DNA of 62,245 bases, filler included, from Sphacelaria rigidula (lineage: Eukaryota), in the NCBI GenBank assembly GCA_964200075.2. It is 9 parts of 9 records of this genome, joined end to end, with 100 filler letters (N's around TTAATTAATTAA, not from the genome) between each part and the next. Parts side by side here need not be neighbours in the genome. Positions count along the whole stretch, not along the records: positions 1 to 6,828 come from CAXNAA020017877.1; positions 6,929 to 13,756 come from CAXNAA020017878.1; 7 more parts are not named here. One strand, 5' to 3'. A model generated the notes under the pieces. That model was not told the DNA's origin. It worked only from the letters and a program-made list of their open reading frames with translations, and ran no database searches. Below are positions 1 through 13,269 of this stretch, in pieces (position 1 is the stretch's first letter; every line of letters begins with the position of its first letter). A program made the position numbers and the translations under genes.

Positions 1-769
1 TGATATGCTTACATCGGGGTCATTCGGGAAACTGGGGAAGCTGTGGTGTGATCAAGTTTTAGCAGCTTTTACGCTGGCCCAGCCCGTAGGGGGCACAGGA
101 ATACAGTGTGAAGATGGCCTCTCGAGGCGACATGTACATGAATAAGTCCTGAGGAGCACCGTTTTTGTTCGAAGGTAGGACAAGTCGATCAGGGGTGACG
201 TTTAGTAAATGGGCGAGGGAGGCCAGGGTGGGTACGACTGCCATGTACACCATATATATATAGCTCGCATACCACCGCTAGTCGTCCTCAACAGGACGGA
301 GCGAGAGAGCGGGGAGGGGGAGGCGGATGCTGATATCTTCACTCGAGATCGAAAGCTTCCGTAACCTCCGCTGCGGGTTCATTGGCACATCGTCTTCGAG
401 AGGACAGGAAATAGGGGAGCGGGGCAATCACCATGCGTTGTGTACTTCCACTGTAAGGTTACCGATCGATCATCCTCGAGGGGAGGTAGCACAGGAGGAG
501 ATGGAGGCGTACTGGGGAGCCTGATCGCCGTCGCGATTCCCAGTGGAATACGGCTGCCTTGTGCAGGGAGAATTGGTATCAGAAAGCACACACCTGTCCG
601 TCTTTTGGGGAATTCCAATTTCACAAAGTGAAGTTGGTTTCTGTTGCGGGTAAAAATTAGACTAACTGGTTTCTTGCGACTCCGTTTTTGCGTCGGGGTT
701 CTTGCGATCGGATCCTTGCGATACTTTTTTCCCTAGATTTTTCGAGTCTAAAACCCTTATCCATTTCGG

Positions 770-1510
770 TTTCTTGGGGATAACTCCGTCAAACGGACAC
801 CAAACGCATCCTGCTCCGAGGGGTACCTGGGCACACACCAGTTGCCGCTGCCTCCCTAGTATCATCCTCCGAATCGAAGTCTTGAGTGAGAAGCCCAGCG
901 TTTGGTGCCCATGTACAACGATGATCTACATCTACCATCATACTCAAAATCGAGGTGACTTGACCACTTGGTAGTTGACAGATATTTCTCGGAAATTTAT
1001 GGTTTGCGCAGGTGCTGATGCATTTCGGAAAACACTAATCCTAACCCCAACCTCAAGGAAGACATACCGAGAACCCTCGAGCAGGGGGTGCAACGTGTTC
1101 CCTAGGCGAAGTGTGCGATGCCAAACCTCAAATCGGCGCCTTTCGACGAAAACGCGTTCTACGCACGCCATTATAGGAGCACGCCAGGAGCAGCGTAGTC
1201 CATCTGGATCACGCATAATTTTTTCAAGTGAATATTGATGCTGGTTCAGCAGGTGACATACCCTCCGGGTCAAAGGGTTCAAGATCCGGATTTCGGTGTC
1301 TACACTATAATTCAATACTGCACCTGTCCACAAGCGGTAAATTAAACCCCTTTCGATTTCGTTTTTTGGGGGATAACTTCATCAAACGGACACCAAACGC
1401 ATCCTGTTCCAAGGGGCACCTGGACACACAGCAGTTGCCGCTGCCTACCTGGTATCATCTTCCAAATCGAAGTCTTGAGTGAAAAGCCCAGCGTTTCGTT
1501 CCCATGTACA
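770..1510 (+). repeat. Diverged ~150-bp direct repeat pair (~770-920 and ~1365-1510)
   Basis: Both copies read GGATAACT..TCAAACGGACACCAAACGCATCCTG..CAGTTGCCGCTGCCT..ATCGAAGTCTTGAGTGA.AAGCCCAGCGTTT..CCCATGTACAA. Confidence 0.85.
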
Positions 1511-1809
1511 AGAAAAGGTGATCTTATTCTAGCATCATGCTCCAAAACTTACCTGACAAGGGGGCAATACCCCCGTACAGACAGTAGCAATGCTAGCAGA
1601 TTCTACGTCCTGACAGTCTGTGACAGTCTGGCAGCCGGCAAGGTGGTTATGGTAGTGTCCTTCTAGCGATGTCAAGTTACAGCAGTGCGCTGGAGCAGAG
1701 TTTGCAGGTGAATATTTCGGCGATTGCGCCTCACCTACAGTTCGCCCAGATATTGTGGATTTTTCTCGATATCACCGAGTAACATTATTACACACATGTG
1801 CCTGTACAG

Positions 1810-3254
1810 TAGAGTTCGGTATTTGGTCGAAAACATATTGCCCCCAATACACATAGGATATTTATATTTTCCAAGCGTGTGTTTTGGGCCCTGGAAGATT
1901 TTTTGGCCAATCTTATGCGAGAAAATATCCCCCAAAATTACCCAATTATTGTTGTTGTCGTTGTCTTTACATTAAAAACCCTTTCCGATATTTGCGTGGT
2001 ACATTGGTACTGGGCATCTTATTATGCGGACGCCTTCCGTGGCCACAGGCACCCAATATATCCGCATATTCTCGCATAGATATTCCGATATGACATATAT
2101 TGCCCAAATATATCCGATATACCGAATGTATGTGGGATATAGGCGCGGATATCACGCGATAGAGCTCTATGTCTTCTCAACCTTTTTGGAATTCATTGAT
2201 GATTTTCGTTTTTGTGAATCGGCATCGTTTTCAGTCATTTTCAAGTCAAAATGATGCCGATTCACAAAAACAAGAATCGCCAGTAGATTCCAAAAAAAGG
2301 GTTAAATACCAGTATACGCCCTATTGCGTTGTCTCCAGACCCCAGATCCCTGGTGCGCAATCAACAGTCGTGTCTTACTATGTTGTTCCCAGACCCCAGA
2401 TTCCTGGTGAGCAGATAACAGTGGTGTCAACGCACCACACTCGTGCACACAAAAACAACCACTTCACACTCCACAGCACCACACATGTGCGATGAGCAAT
2501 TCCCGGTCGACACCCGCAGCCAACAGCACTACATTTGGACGGCGAGCAGTAATGAAGCAGTGGTAGTTTATAGAAGATGTACGCCCGCCTAGTTTATAGT
2601 CCTTTGCGGTGTGAAGAGTGGAGATGACTGGATTTGTGACAAAATGTTTACAGGGTGTTGCCAGGTGGTGGGGGTTTAGACGTTAGTCGGGATGGCAGCA
2701 CGGAGACAGGGGGAGTGTTGCAGGTAGACGCATGGATTTAAGTCGTGGTTTAAAAGGCTTCTCGGTTACCGTGAGAAAGACGAATATTTGGCGCGGTACG
2801 CGCCAACAAATATTATTGAAAAACAAACACCAACTACCGCCACTCGAAGTCGTGTCTTGTTTCTACTTGTTTGCTCTGCTTCTTGGCGTTTGAGCATTTG
2901 GGCGCGTCGTCCCTCTAGCGCTGTCGTGTGTGCCTCTATGCAGTATGCCCGGCACGTGCATAACTTTATGCAGCTCACTGATTATGCACGTAACTCGTCA
3001 CTCGTTACACACGCATGAATAACATATATATACCACACCCTTGGAGTAAATCTGTATAATCTGGACGAACCGTTCCTATATCCAGAGATATCTGGAGGGA
3101 TATCGGGTGCAATCTCGGATACGCATAGGTATAGGATAGTCCAAATATCCGGATATGATATTTCTTGGGCGAGCTTGCAGATATATGCGAGAATTTTTTA
3201 CCCGAAACATCTATATTCTATTGGGGCTATTTTCAGACCCAATACCGAACTCTA
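1810..3254. mobile_element. Non-autonomous hAT-like DNA transposon
   Basis: TIR TAGAGTTCGGTATT (1810) / AATACCGAACTCTA (3241-3254), with inverted similarity continuing inward. Flanking 8-mers CTGTACAG (1802-1809) and TTGCACAG (3255-3262) match 6/8. GATAT-rich subterminal repeats at both ends. Confidence 0.65.
2181..2301. mobile_element. ~120-bp palindromic MITE, piggyBac-like; second copy at 12514-12627
   Basis: Hairpin core TTGTGAATCGGCATCGTTTT...AAAATGATGCCGATTCACAA in both copies. Ends CC(C)TT...AAGGG, followed by TTAA and preceded by TCAA or CTAA. Confidence 0.65.
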
Positions 3255-5423
3255 TTGCACAGGTGGGAACATAACAAACCCTCCGTCACACTATAAGTCG
3301 AGATGGTACCAGACCTTGAATCATATATGGAAATATACGCAACCGTGGACAAAAGATTTCTACAGTCAATACGAACACGATGTTGGAATTGTAATGCATA
3401 CAGTGTGTTGTGCGTGTTGTCGTCCCATTTGTTCTGCACGCCCGTCTCCACCTTTCGGTATATGTGGGCGCAACAGCGGCGGCTTTGTTACCATTTAGCT
3501 TCGCCCAAGATACAGGCAGCCATTACCGCGGCGGAGGCGGCCTTTCACTCCTGCGTGCGCCACCTGGGGCAAACGCACGCTGTAGCTGCAACACGGACAG
3601 CTTTACAAAATGTAACGTAGCGATATACAGTAGCGCGTGGCGTGATATGCCACCTACACGTCTGCCGCAGATACAAGCGGCTGCGTTCATGATGTGGCGA
3701 ACTGCACAGGACAACGCGAAATTAATGCAGGACAGGATTAGGCTAAGGATGTCATGTCCTGCGGTGTGCTCTGTCACCCTGCACCCTACCGCTGTGCAGT
3801 GAGCAGGTGGTAGCGCCGAATGCCTCACGATGCGGTTGGTACACAGTAGTGTCGGCTCCACACCCAAAGGGTAACCTCTGCATTGAATTCAATAAAACCC
3901 ATTGAATTAAATTACACGCGCGGAGCGCGTTATTTTCGAGCAGCACACGCGCTAGCGTTTTCCGTTTTGTCGACATCGTGCCAGCGCGCTTGTGCACTAA
4001 AGCGCTGTACTTCCCTGTGGCAGCCCGTCACGGTAGTGCTCCTCATGTTTCATCACGCTTTATTCGAAAACACTCAGAAGAGATGCCAGCGAGTCCATCG
4101 TTGTTGCGCTTGGATTGTGGTGAACCAATTGTCTTTCGATAGAACCCCCGCATGCTGTGTGTTGTACCAAATAGTATATACCGTACCAGTTAAAAAATGG
4201 ATATGCATTATATGTACGCCACCGACATGCTCTGGTTAGCATGAACTGTGTACGAGGCGCGGGAAGCGTAATTTTTGTCATGGAATGCAAGGACGCAACC
4301 ATACTGCAGTACAGGTAGTATGAAACACGTGATTCAAACGAGACACAAGATAAAACATTTACATTATGACAAATACCTGGGCGTTTTGGTACTGAAACGA
4401 GCCCACCAGTCCCTCCACTACCTACCGTACAAAGACAGCAAGGGTTGGACGAATCAATGATTCGTCCGGAAATCATTCAATTTTTAGTGTGATTGATTCG
4501 TACCGTACGAATCAATCCTTAGGCTTTGTCTTCAGCGTTGCAACCCAGGTGCGCGTAGCCCAGGCACGTGGAATGGTGCAAAAGTTGCATGAAGACGTGT
4601 TTGATCAGCGGTCGACTTTTTTCTCCCTTTCGAGCGATCAGACCTGAAAAATCGTGGATTTGGTGATTCGAATCGGCGATGATTTGTCCGAACCGTGGAA
4701 GATAGATACCACGTGTAAATTCCACAATGAGTGAAGGGCAGACCTTTTGACGTTAGAGTAGATGCCCAGCCGAGACCACTCCGGTTTCACCGCCGAAATC
4801 CGAGACGGCAACGTCACGAACACCGAAATAAATTGAAATTGGAAGCGCCCTGGACACAGGGCAATCTATATACGTCAGACTAAATCAGAGGTAGCTACGA
4901 CGTTTTCAGAGCTACCGGTAGAATCGTGCCTACATGTTGATAAATCGCATCAATGCCTGATCGAGGTTTAGCGCCGACTATGATTCGTTCCCCTCGGAAG
5001 CTTTGTGGGTAAGACTGGTGTGTGAAATAGGTATTTCACAGGGAATACGTCCCGGTTCCGTGCTGTCGGGAGAAATTCGGGGAGAAAAGCACCTCAGGGC
5101 GGTGTCCATTTCCGTATCTTGATATGAAATCGTTGGCTGTGGGCGGTATGATAGCGCAAAGAATTGCATCGCACTGAAATATCCGAAGCTGTAGGAAAAG
5201 TTGGGGGCAAGATTACCCAAGATAGATTCGATCAACCAAAAATATCACAGCTTCGGAACCTGGCGCAGGGGGCGCTCGGGAAGCCCGATGAGCAGTAAGT
5301 CCATAGTGTAATCAATATTGTTGGAGAAAAGGCGTCTTCTCAGGATTTTTTCGGCGCTATTTTCTCTCTTCAAATTTCGGGATCAAAATTCGACCGTGAC
5401 GGGTCACGATACGGTGGAAAATC

Positions 5424-5980
5424 CAAAATTGTGTTCTGCAGGGTACGGGTTTTTGTTTTCCCGGGGTACTTTCCCGGGCATTTACCGTACCCGACCCTTT
5501 CATACCGGTACCCGACAGTTCCGTAAAGTCTGTAAGACTTTCATACCTTTACCCGATAATTTTGTGAGTTCTGTGAGCCTCTTGTACCGATACCGGGGGC
5601 ACGGGTATGCTCTTGATATAATACGCAGTTGCGGGTACGGTTTTCCGTGCAGCCTTCATACCCTGCCCGACACTCTCTGTGAGGTTAGTACGCCTCCCAT
5701 ACCCTTGCCCGGCAGTTCTGTGAGCTCTGTACAGAATGTATGCCCGTACCCGGAGCGCGGGTATGCCTTTAAAGAAATACCCAATTGCCGGTACGGTTTT
5801 CTGTGAGCCTCCCGTACCGTACGCGACAAGTTCTGTATTTTCTTTAAGACTTTCAAACCAGTACCCCACAGTTGTGTAATTTCTGTGAGACTTTCATACC
5901 GGTACCCGATATTCCTGTAAGTTCTGTACGGAATCCCATACCCTACAAAATATACCCGTACCTTACAGAACACAACCTTG
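5424..5980 (-). mobile_element. Minisatellite-filled MITE, copy 1 (hAT-like CAAGG termini)
   Basis: TIR (CAAGG)TTGTGTTCTGTAGGGTACGG / CCGTACCTTACAGAACACAACCTTG. Interior built from GGGTA..TATGAAAGTCTTACAGAA.TCACAGAACTGTC units. Reverse orientation relative to copies 2 and 3. Confidence 0.8.
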
Positions 5981-6499
5981 AAAAAACCTGTAGTCTGCGG
6001 GAGGGACGTCCTGAATGGTGTCTCACGTGTTCCGTCGCCGAAAATCACATGATTGAGCTTGGTCCAATGCTGTGATCGGAGGCCTTCAGCAGATCAAAAC
6101 AGTTCTGTCTAGGTAAGTGAAAGATGGTCCGACATGCGGAAACCCAAACGTGAAATTTGTCCACAACCGGTGTTTTGTCCGATTTCGGGACAGCTCTGAA
6201 CTCCATAGCCAGCAAAATTCGGTTTTATTGCGAGCCTATGACTACAGCTTTCGAACACGCCGACCCACTTTGTTGGAGACGACGGAATACGTGACATGTA
6301 TTCGCAGCGTCTCTCCTCCCGCTAGAATCACCCAAATGCCGCACTCCTCACTGACTCTGAGCAAACAGTTTGAACACGCTCTTCCATACGGCAAGTGAGA
6401 ACCACTACTTGCAAGTTCTTGTACACGTGCTCCGCGATTATACTCACAGAGTGCACTCCGTACATGTAGGGATTATATGGGGGAAGTTGGGGGCATCGG

Positions 6500-6739
6500 C
6501 GGGAATCTGACGGATTTGGTCGAAACCCTGCTGTGGCAGAGACCGGCCATTTCGTTTCTTATATTTTCTTTTTCTGTTTTCGTTTCATGTCTTAGCCTAT
6601 GTTGTTCTGTTCTGCCTTCTCTGTTTATTTATTTTTCTTCAACGAGTGTTTCAGTTTTGTTTTGTCTCGGGTGCGTCTATCATGTGACCACAGCTGGATC
6701 CCTGGGGGATCAGTCAAAGTGCGACAATCAATCAATCAA
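6500..6739 (+). mobile_element. LINE 3' end with (TCAA)n tail; related ends at 11867-12115 (-) and 28765-28800 (-)
   Basis: T-rich 3' UTR, then TGTGACCACAGCTGGATC..GGGGGATCAG..AAGTGCGACAATCAATCAATCAA. The reverse complement of this ending occurs at 11867-11960. Short tandem tails are typical of RTE-clade LINEs. Confidence 0.65.
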
Positions 6740-6828
6740 GAGTGATTTTACGGCAGGAGTCCGAATGGCCACCTGCGGCACCGGATCTTCTGAGGTTAGC
6801 CATATGTACTCCCTTTCTTCTTTATCAT

Positions 6829-6928
6829 NNNNNNNNNNNNNNNNNNNNNNNNNNNNNNNNNNNNNNNNNNNNTTAATTAATTAANNNNNNNNNNNNNNNN
6901 NNNNNNNNNNNNNNNNNNNNNNNNNNNN
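6829..6928. other. Artificial contig spacer, first of eight (others: 13757-13856, 20684-20783, 27611-27710, 34538-34637, 41465-41564, 48392-48491, 55319-55418)
   Basis: Each is 44 N + TTAATTAATTAA (stops in all six frames) + 44 N. The segments between them are all 6827-6828 bp, as expected for size-sorted concatenated contigs. Confidence 0.97.
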
Positions 6929-7029
6929 TATAGTAGGTTAAATAAAAAGGAGGGCTAGCTTCTGTATTTCATGTCTATGTCCGGGCTGTGTTATAGTAGG
7001 TGGTGGGGGTGAGGGGGGGGGGGGTGAAG

Positions 7030-7440
7030 GAGGTACTCATGACATCGCATGCCGTAGTCACATGGCCATTGACCTCGCATCCGTACAAAGCCAGGATGGG
7101 GCACGCCGGGTTTCGCCGGACCAGGCTCGCACTCAATCACCGAAGCACGAAGCGCCGTGATGTGCTCGACGAGTCGCATGAAGGATGAGCTGCATCCTGC
7201 TAAGATCATTTGGCCCGACGCGTACCGATTATCTTGCACATGGATGACAGCCTCCAATGAGTTGCTTTATTTTCTGGTATCGCCACTTGCAGAGACAGTC
7301 ACGGGTAGCACACTTCCTCATGGGTGTCTCACCACGTAAACACTACTCAGTGCGATCATCCCCTTTGTGCGGAGTTGAGGTTCTCCCACCCCGCACAATA
7401 TGGTCTAGCTCGACCACCATCATGATTACCGCGAAAACAA
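7030..7440 (+). mobile_element. LTR-like unit of an abundant TRIM/LARD-type repeat; other copies at 10591-11163, 13270-13756, 21398-21696; fragments at 11849, 22539, 34640 and 59780-59935 (-)
   Basis: Shared sequence TACTCATGA.CATGCATGCCGTAGTC..GACCATTGACCTCGCATCC..AAAGCCGGGACGG.GCACGCCGGG..GAGCTGCATCCTGCTAAG..GACAGCCTCCAATGAGTTGC..AGCTCGACCACCATC, found on several contigs. Confidence 0.8.
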
Positions 7441-7491
7441 ATACTCAACGGTGGGGTGATGGGGGGGGCGACAATAGGTGTATGAGGATTC

Positions 7492-7661
7492 CACACCTTG
7501 GACAATATATGGTCAATAGATGCAATAGACGAAAAGTGTACAACATGAAGCATAGGCATATTGCAACTATTGTCGGTCGGCAATAGTTGCAATAGGCCTA
7601 TACTTTATGCAGTACATTTATTGTCTATTGCAACTATTGACCATATATTGTCCAAGGTGTG
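7492..7661. mobile_element. 170-bp palindromic hAT-like MITE; relative at ~12847-13017
   Basis: CACACCTTGGACAATATATGGTCAATAG / CTATTGACCATATATTGTCCAAGGTGTG. 8-bp flanks GAGGATTC (7484-7491) and GAGAATTC (7662-7669) match 7/8. Confidence 0.8.
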
Positions 7662-8460
7662 GAGAATTCACACGAGTTCACCGTGTGAGAGGATGACGCG
7701 GTATCATACGACCAGCGAGCGCCCCGACATACAGGCAACAGCAAAAAGTCATACTCTACAAGGGCCAAGAAAACTTCAATGAGAGTACAGGGGTTGGAGA
7801 ATGACATGGTGGCGGGGGGAAGGCGTATCAGTTCGTGCAATACAAGACAAATCTTATCGATCAGCCGACCGGTCAATTTTATCGGAACCACACAGATCAC
7901 GAGGGCTTGCGATGCAAAGAGCAGTCAAAGCAGCAGTGAACACGGGCCCGCTTTTATAGAAAAAAAACGAAATGATCGATACACCCAGCCATCGTACAGC
8001 TGGCTAGGTCATTCAAGAACAGTATTTATCTGTCTCAACGTTCTGCCAACGTTTTTTCCTTGTGCATGTGAAGCTCTGTGAAAGCTAGCAGTCACCCGTG
8101 CGACAAACTCCAGGAGAAGGAAGTTCTTTGATAATGGAGATCCCACAAAGCTATCAAGCCGGCCATGCAGTCATAGTCCAATATCTAGGTGATTAATTCA
8201 AGCAGAAAGTGTGGAGGCTATGACTGCGTGCGACCACTCTTCTCCGCATAAGAGTGACGCCGCGATAGCCTCCCCCCCGCCCCCCACACACCAGCCCCAG
8301 AACTGCCACGAAGAAAATGGTCTTACAGCTCATGAAGCTCGTTTCAGACTCTGCATAAATCGCCTTACGTGGGTAACATTGGTGGAAACGATCTCAAGGG
8401 TGAGAGATCCCAGGTGCCCCGTGTGCTCGGCTTTTGCCAGTTCGATTCGCGTGAAGATTT

Positions 8461-9088
8461 CAAAGTTGTGTTCTGTAGGGTACGGGTGGGTATGTTCTGT
8501 AGGGTATGAGATTCCTTACAAAACTTACAGAAATATCGGGTACTGGTATGACAATCTCACAGAAATTACAAAACAGTCGAGTACCGGTACTGGATGAAAG
8601 TCTTACAGAAATTACAGAACTGTCAGGTACGGTAAAGGATCCGTACAGAAACACCGTACGGGCAATCGGGTATTTCTTCAGAAACATACCCACGCTCCAG
8701 GTGCGGGTAAACATTCTGTACAGAACCCACAGAACTGTCGGGTTAGGGTATGGGATGCTTACAGAACTCACAGAAACTGTCGGGTAGGGTAATGAGGTTA
8801 CACAGAATACCGTACCCGCAACCGGGTATCTCATCAAGAGCGTACCCGTGCCCCCCGATAACGTTACGGGAGTCTTACAGAGATTACAGCGGTATCGGGT
8901 AAGGGTATGAAAGTCTTACAGAGATCACAGAACTGCCGGGTACGTGTATGAAAGTCTTACAGAGATCACAGAACTGTCGGGTACCGGTATGAAAGTCTTC
9001 CAGAAATCACAGAACTGTCGGGTACGGTAAATACCCGGCAAAATACACCATGTGTACAGAAAACCGTACCCTACAAAGCACAACCTTG
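8461..9088 (+). mobile_element. Minisatellite-filled MITE, copy 2
   Basis: Starts CAAAGTTGTGTTCTGTAGGGTACGG and ends CCGTACCCTACAAAGCACAACCTTG. Same internal ACAGAA/GGGTA units. No clean TSD. Confidence 0.85.
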
Positions 9089-9694
9089 GTATTAATATCA
9101 TCGCCCCTGTGGTGGGACCTACGTCACTACAACAGTGGCGAACTACAGATGACAGTTCGCGAAAACTCTGAACGGCTTCACGGGGTTGATAGAGAAAGAC
9201 TCACGAACAATCGCAGTAGTATATGTGCACGGGTTTATCAGCATATATCGGCTTCACGTACACTCCTAGAGAGTACATGAAGGAGCATTGACGGCTGCCC
9301 GCTCTCTACTGGAAGCCCTTCGGCACACGGCAATTTCGCGGACAGCCTTGACGGCTTTCGGTGGCAGCTCATACTCCATGCTGTGCTTGTCGATAACGAC
9401 TTGGGGCTGGGTGACCACGACACAACCACCACCTACATCGATGACGTGCGTCTTGCTACTTGATCCCCTGGTGGCGCAGATGAACCGCCCCCGCTCGAGC
9501 CACCATTCGAGTCTGGGGGTGATCCATCATGACGGTCTGCAGTGCTGTTGATGTTTCGTGTTTCCACTCAACGGTACCCTGTATCCCGTCAGATTCTAAA
9601 CTACAGAACTTTCCAACATTGAATTTTTGTTGGTGTGCAGTTTTGAGTGAAGGAGTTGGGTGGGTTGATCGATGGGAGGTACATGTTCAGGTCA

Positions 9695-10307
9695 TGAGGT
9701 TGTGTTCGGATCAAACCTATATCCGTACCTCTCCAGGGTACATACCTATGCTCATACCTGCAATCGGGTACATCTATAACGGTATATCCTAACCCCGGGT
9801 AGAGATACGGGAAGCTTACAGAGCTCACAGAACCGTCAGGTACCGGCACTGGATGAAAGTCTTACAGAAATTACACAACTTGTCGGGTATGGTATAGGAG
9901 CCTTACAGAAACACCGTACGGGCAATCGGGTCTTTCTTCAGAAGCATACCCGCGCTCCAGCTACGGGTAAACATTCTGTACAGAACTCACAGAACTGTCG
10001 GGTTAGGGTATGGGAGGCTTACAGAACTCACAGAAACTGTCGGGTAGGGTATGGAGGTCGCACAGAAAACCGTACCCGCAACCGGGTATCTCATCAAGAG
10101 CGTACCCGTGCCCCCCGATAACGGTACGAGAGCCTTATAAAGATAACAGAAGTATCGGGTAAGGGTATGAAAGTCTTACAGAGATCACAGAACTGTCGGG
10201 TACCGGTATGAAAGTCTTACAGAAATCACAGAACTGTCGGTTACGGTAAATACCCGGCAAAATGCCTCGGGTATACAAAAAACCGTACTCTACAAAACAC
10301 AACCTTG
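9695..10307 (+). mobile_element. Minisatellite-filled MITE, copy 3
   Basis: 9840-10307 is collinear with 8580-9088 and ends ACACAACCTTG. Confidence 0.85.
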
Positions 10308-13269
10308 GAAAAAATTGTCTCCTCAAAACCAGCCACTTTTCTGAGGGGTGGTGGGGGACTATCGCGGCATCACTCACAATGCGGTCTACTTCAACCCACT
10401 CCCGCGATAGCTACACGTGGCTGTCCAGCACCGTCAAACGAGTAGCATTATCGTCCTTCAGGACAAGCGTCTGCGAGAGCTGGTCCACAAGTCTCAGGGT
10501 TGCACAATTGCTCATAGTGTTCAAATCTAAAGGCTAGCCCCAACCTCAACAACAACCCGAGACACTACCAAGACCTCGGGCAGGGGGGGGGTTACTCGTC
10601 CTCCTGCATGCCGCAGTCGTATGACCATTGACCTCGCATTCCTACAAAGCCGGGACGGGGCACGCCGGGTTTTCGCCTGAGCAGGCTCGCAATCAATCAC
10701 CAAGCGCGAAGCACCGTGATGTGTTAGGCAAGTCGGATGAAGGGTGAGCTGCATCCTGCCAACAGTGTTCTGTTCGGCGCGAAGCGAACCGACTATCTGG
10801 CGTTTGGGTGACAACCTCCAATGAGTTGCTCCATTTTCTGGTACCGCCACTTCCACAGACAGGCGCGGCTTACGCACTGCCTCATGGGTGTCTCACCATT
10901 TACAAACTACGTAGTATCACCATTGCCTTTGCGCGGGATTGAAGTTCTTCCACCCCGCAAAATATGATCTAGCTCGACCACCATCATGTTTACCGCAACA
11001 ACAAAAAAAGCGTAAGCGCGCAAAACAAAACGGTAACCTGGTTGCCTAGCTTACGGAGTGAGTGGCGTGCTTTACAGCGTCACTGCCAACCGGCACCAAC
11101 CTCATGAGGGTTCCGTCCCTACAAAGCCGGGACGGAGCACGCCGGCTTTTCGCCGGACCAGGGAAGGGAATGGGAGGCAAATATGATGATAATAGGTGGG
11201 GGCACTGGCTCATGATTATGAGCGATGGCGTGGCTCAAAATAGCGCATGGGTACAATACGTGATATCGAGGTTACTGGGCGAGGATTTTCCGGCAATACC
11301 ACGGAAAATTGGGGCGCTTCCCATGACCCTGTGCTATTATCTCTTGTCGAATAAACTGCGGGAAGTAGTTCAAAATGACGGTTTAAAATGACGGTCCAGT
11401 TTTTGCTGGGTAGCAGGTGATGTGATCCTTGCCCGTGAGGGCCATTAAGCATCAACCTAGGCGAAGCGTGCGCTGGCAGAGCCTGGATAAAATCGCCCGG
11501 TGGGCAACCGGGACTGTCAGCGCCCGAAAGATCCGAATGTGACATATATAGTCTACACCAAAATCAAGTACTTGTTCAGTCATTGATTTTCTGTCGACCG
11601 GCTCCCGTAAACTCCATGGTACTGTGCTCAAGTGTAATAAACTGCTCTTGTTAACTCCTGAGCGTAAGGACGGTGAGTAGATAAAAAAAGAGTTTGTTCG
11701 ACTGAGTTTGTTTGGCAAGAGTCGACGCGCGGTCCGGGAGTGCTGATACACTCCGAGAGACCAAAATGCAAGGCGTCGACCGGCGGGGGAGAGATGGGTT
11801 GATGCCTTGGATTGAGGCCACGAACTCGCCCCGAGGAAGAGGAGGGGGTGTACTCATGACCATGCGTGATTGATTGATTGATTAGTTGTCGCACCTTAGC
11901 TGACCCCCCAGGGGTCATGATCCAGCCGTGGTTTCATGATAGACGTACCCGAGAAAACACGAAACTGGAACACGCTCTGAAAAAAATAAGGAACATGAAA
12001 AAAAAGAAAAAAACGTCGAACAGAACGACATAGCAGACTAAGTCTTAACAAAAAAAAAAGTAATAAAAAGTCAACAGTGACAGGAGATTGAAAAAAATAA
12101 GAAAATAAAACGTTTTTTCAACAGCATATCTGGACACTTCGGATCTTGTTTGTTGAATATTGTCGCACGTCGGTCAAGACCCGCAGTGTCCTAGCCAGCA
12201 AACATACAAAAATTGATAAGAAAAAGGAACGCCGGACTAGGGTAGAAAAAGCACGGGCCCTTGTAAGAGCAACGTTGTATGTATATGTGTATGTACGTAT
12301 GCCCACCGAATGGAACATGACCGTCGACATGGGAGAGTTACGCCACGGTAGGGGTTGCACATTCGGGCCCGTATATTTATTTTTGAGGGCTTCCTGAAGT
12401 TAGTAGGAGCTATACAAAAATGTGGGCCCGGACATCCCCCTTTTCGAAACTCATTCGAGATATCTCTAGCCCTTTGACACGCTAACCGTGGCGTGCTCTC
12501 GCATATTTCCTAACCCTTGGGGGACCCAGTGCTAGTTTTTCTTGTGAATCGGCATCGTTTTGACTTGAAAATGACGGAAAATGATGCCGATTCACAAGAA
12601 AAAGAAAAGATCTGGGTTCTCAAAGGGTTAAGTCGCTTTTTGGATGAAACCGAAGGACTCCTCATGATTCGAACCTGAGGAAGCTCTTCTGTATCCCCTA
12701 CCGTAGCGCCATTGTCTATTTCGACATCAAATCATGAACGTACATCGTGCGCGCGCGTGCGCGCGTGTGTGTGCATAGCGACTTTACACCGTGTACTACT
12801 AACAGTACATCAGCACTCACTGTTTCTGCTCTTCGACATGTCGCAACCCCCCCTGGACAATAGGATACGTTGGCAAACAAACAAAAAAGTGTGCTGCGTG
12901 GACAGTATGGAATCTATTGTCTACAGTTTTGCAATAAACGTAGTAAAAGCCGATACTCTACGCAGTAGTACACTTTTTTCTTTTCAAATGCGATCTATTG
13001 CCATTGTCCAGGGTGTGAAATTTTGGGAATTTTCGCAGAAATGCGCGTATCAGAAGTACCTACCTCGTCTGGGAAGTACTCCGGCCAAAAGCTGCTGATC
13101 ACACGGAATTCATCTCGGTCTAATAGAGGCCCTCGCGGTCGGCCGCCATTACCACCTCCGCTACTGCTGCCACCTCCGCTACTGCTGCCACCTCCGCCAC
13201 CGCTTCCGCGCCCTCCCGGAGTGGGTCTGTTCATGGCCTAAACGTACCGGCCAGAGAACCGGGGGGGGG

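Noticed and set aside
8461-9088. CRISPR-like appearance of regularly spaced repeats (also 5424-5980, 25994-26457, 49610-49800)
   Set aside because: Units are degenerate and adjacent with no unique spacers, most lie inside TIRs, there are no cas genes, and the DNA is eukaryotic.
9400-9460. YIDD tetrapeptide suggesting reverse transcriptase
   Set aside because: No other RT motifs in the surrounding frame; likely chance.
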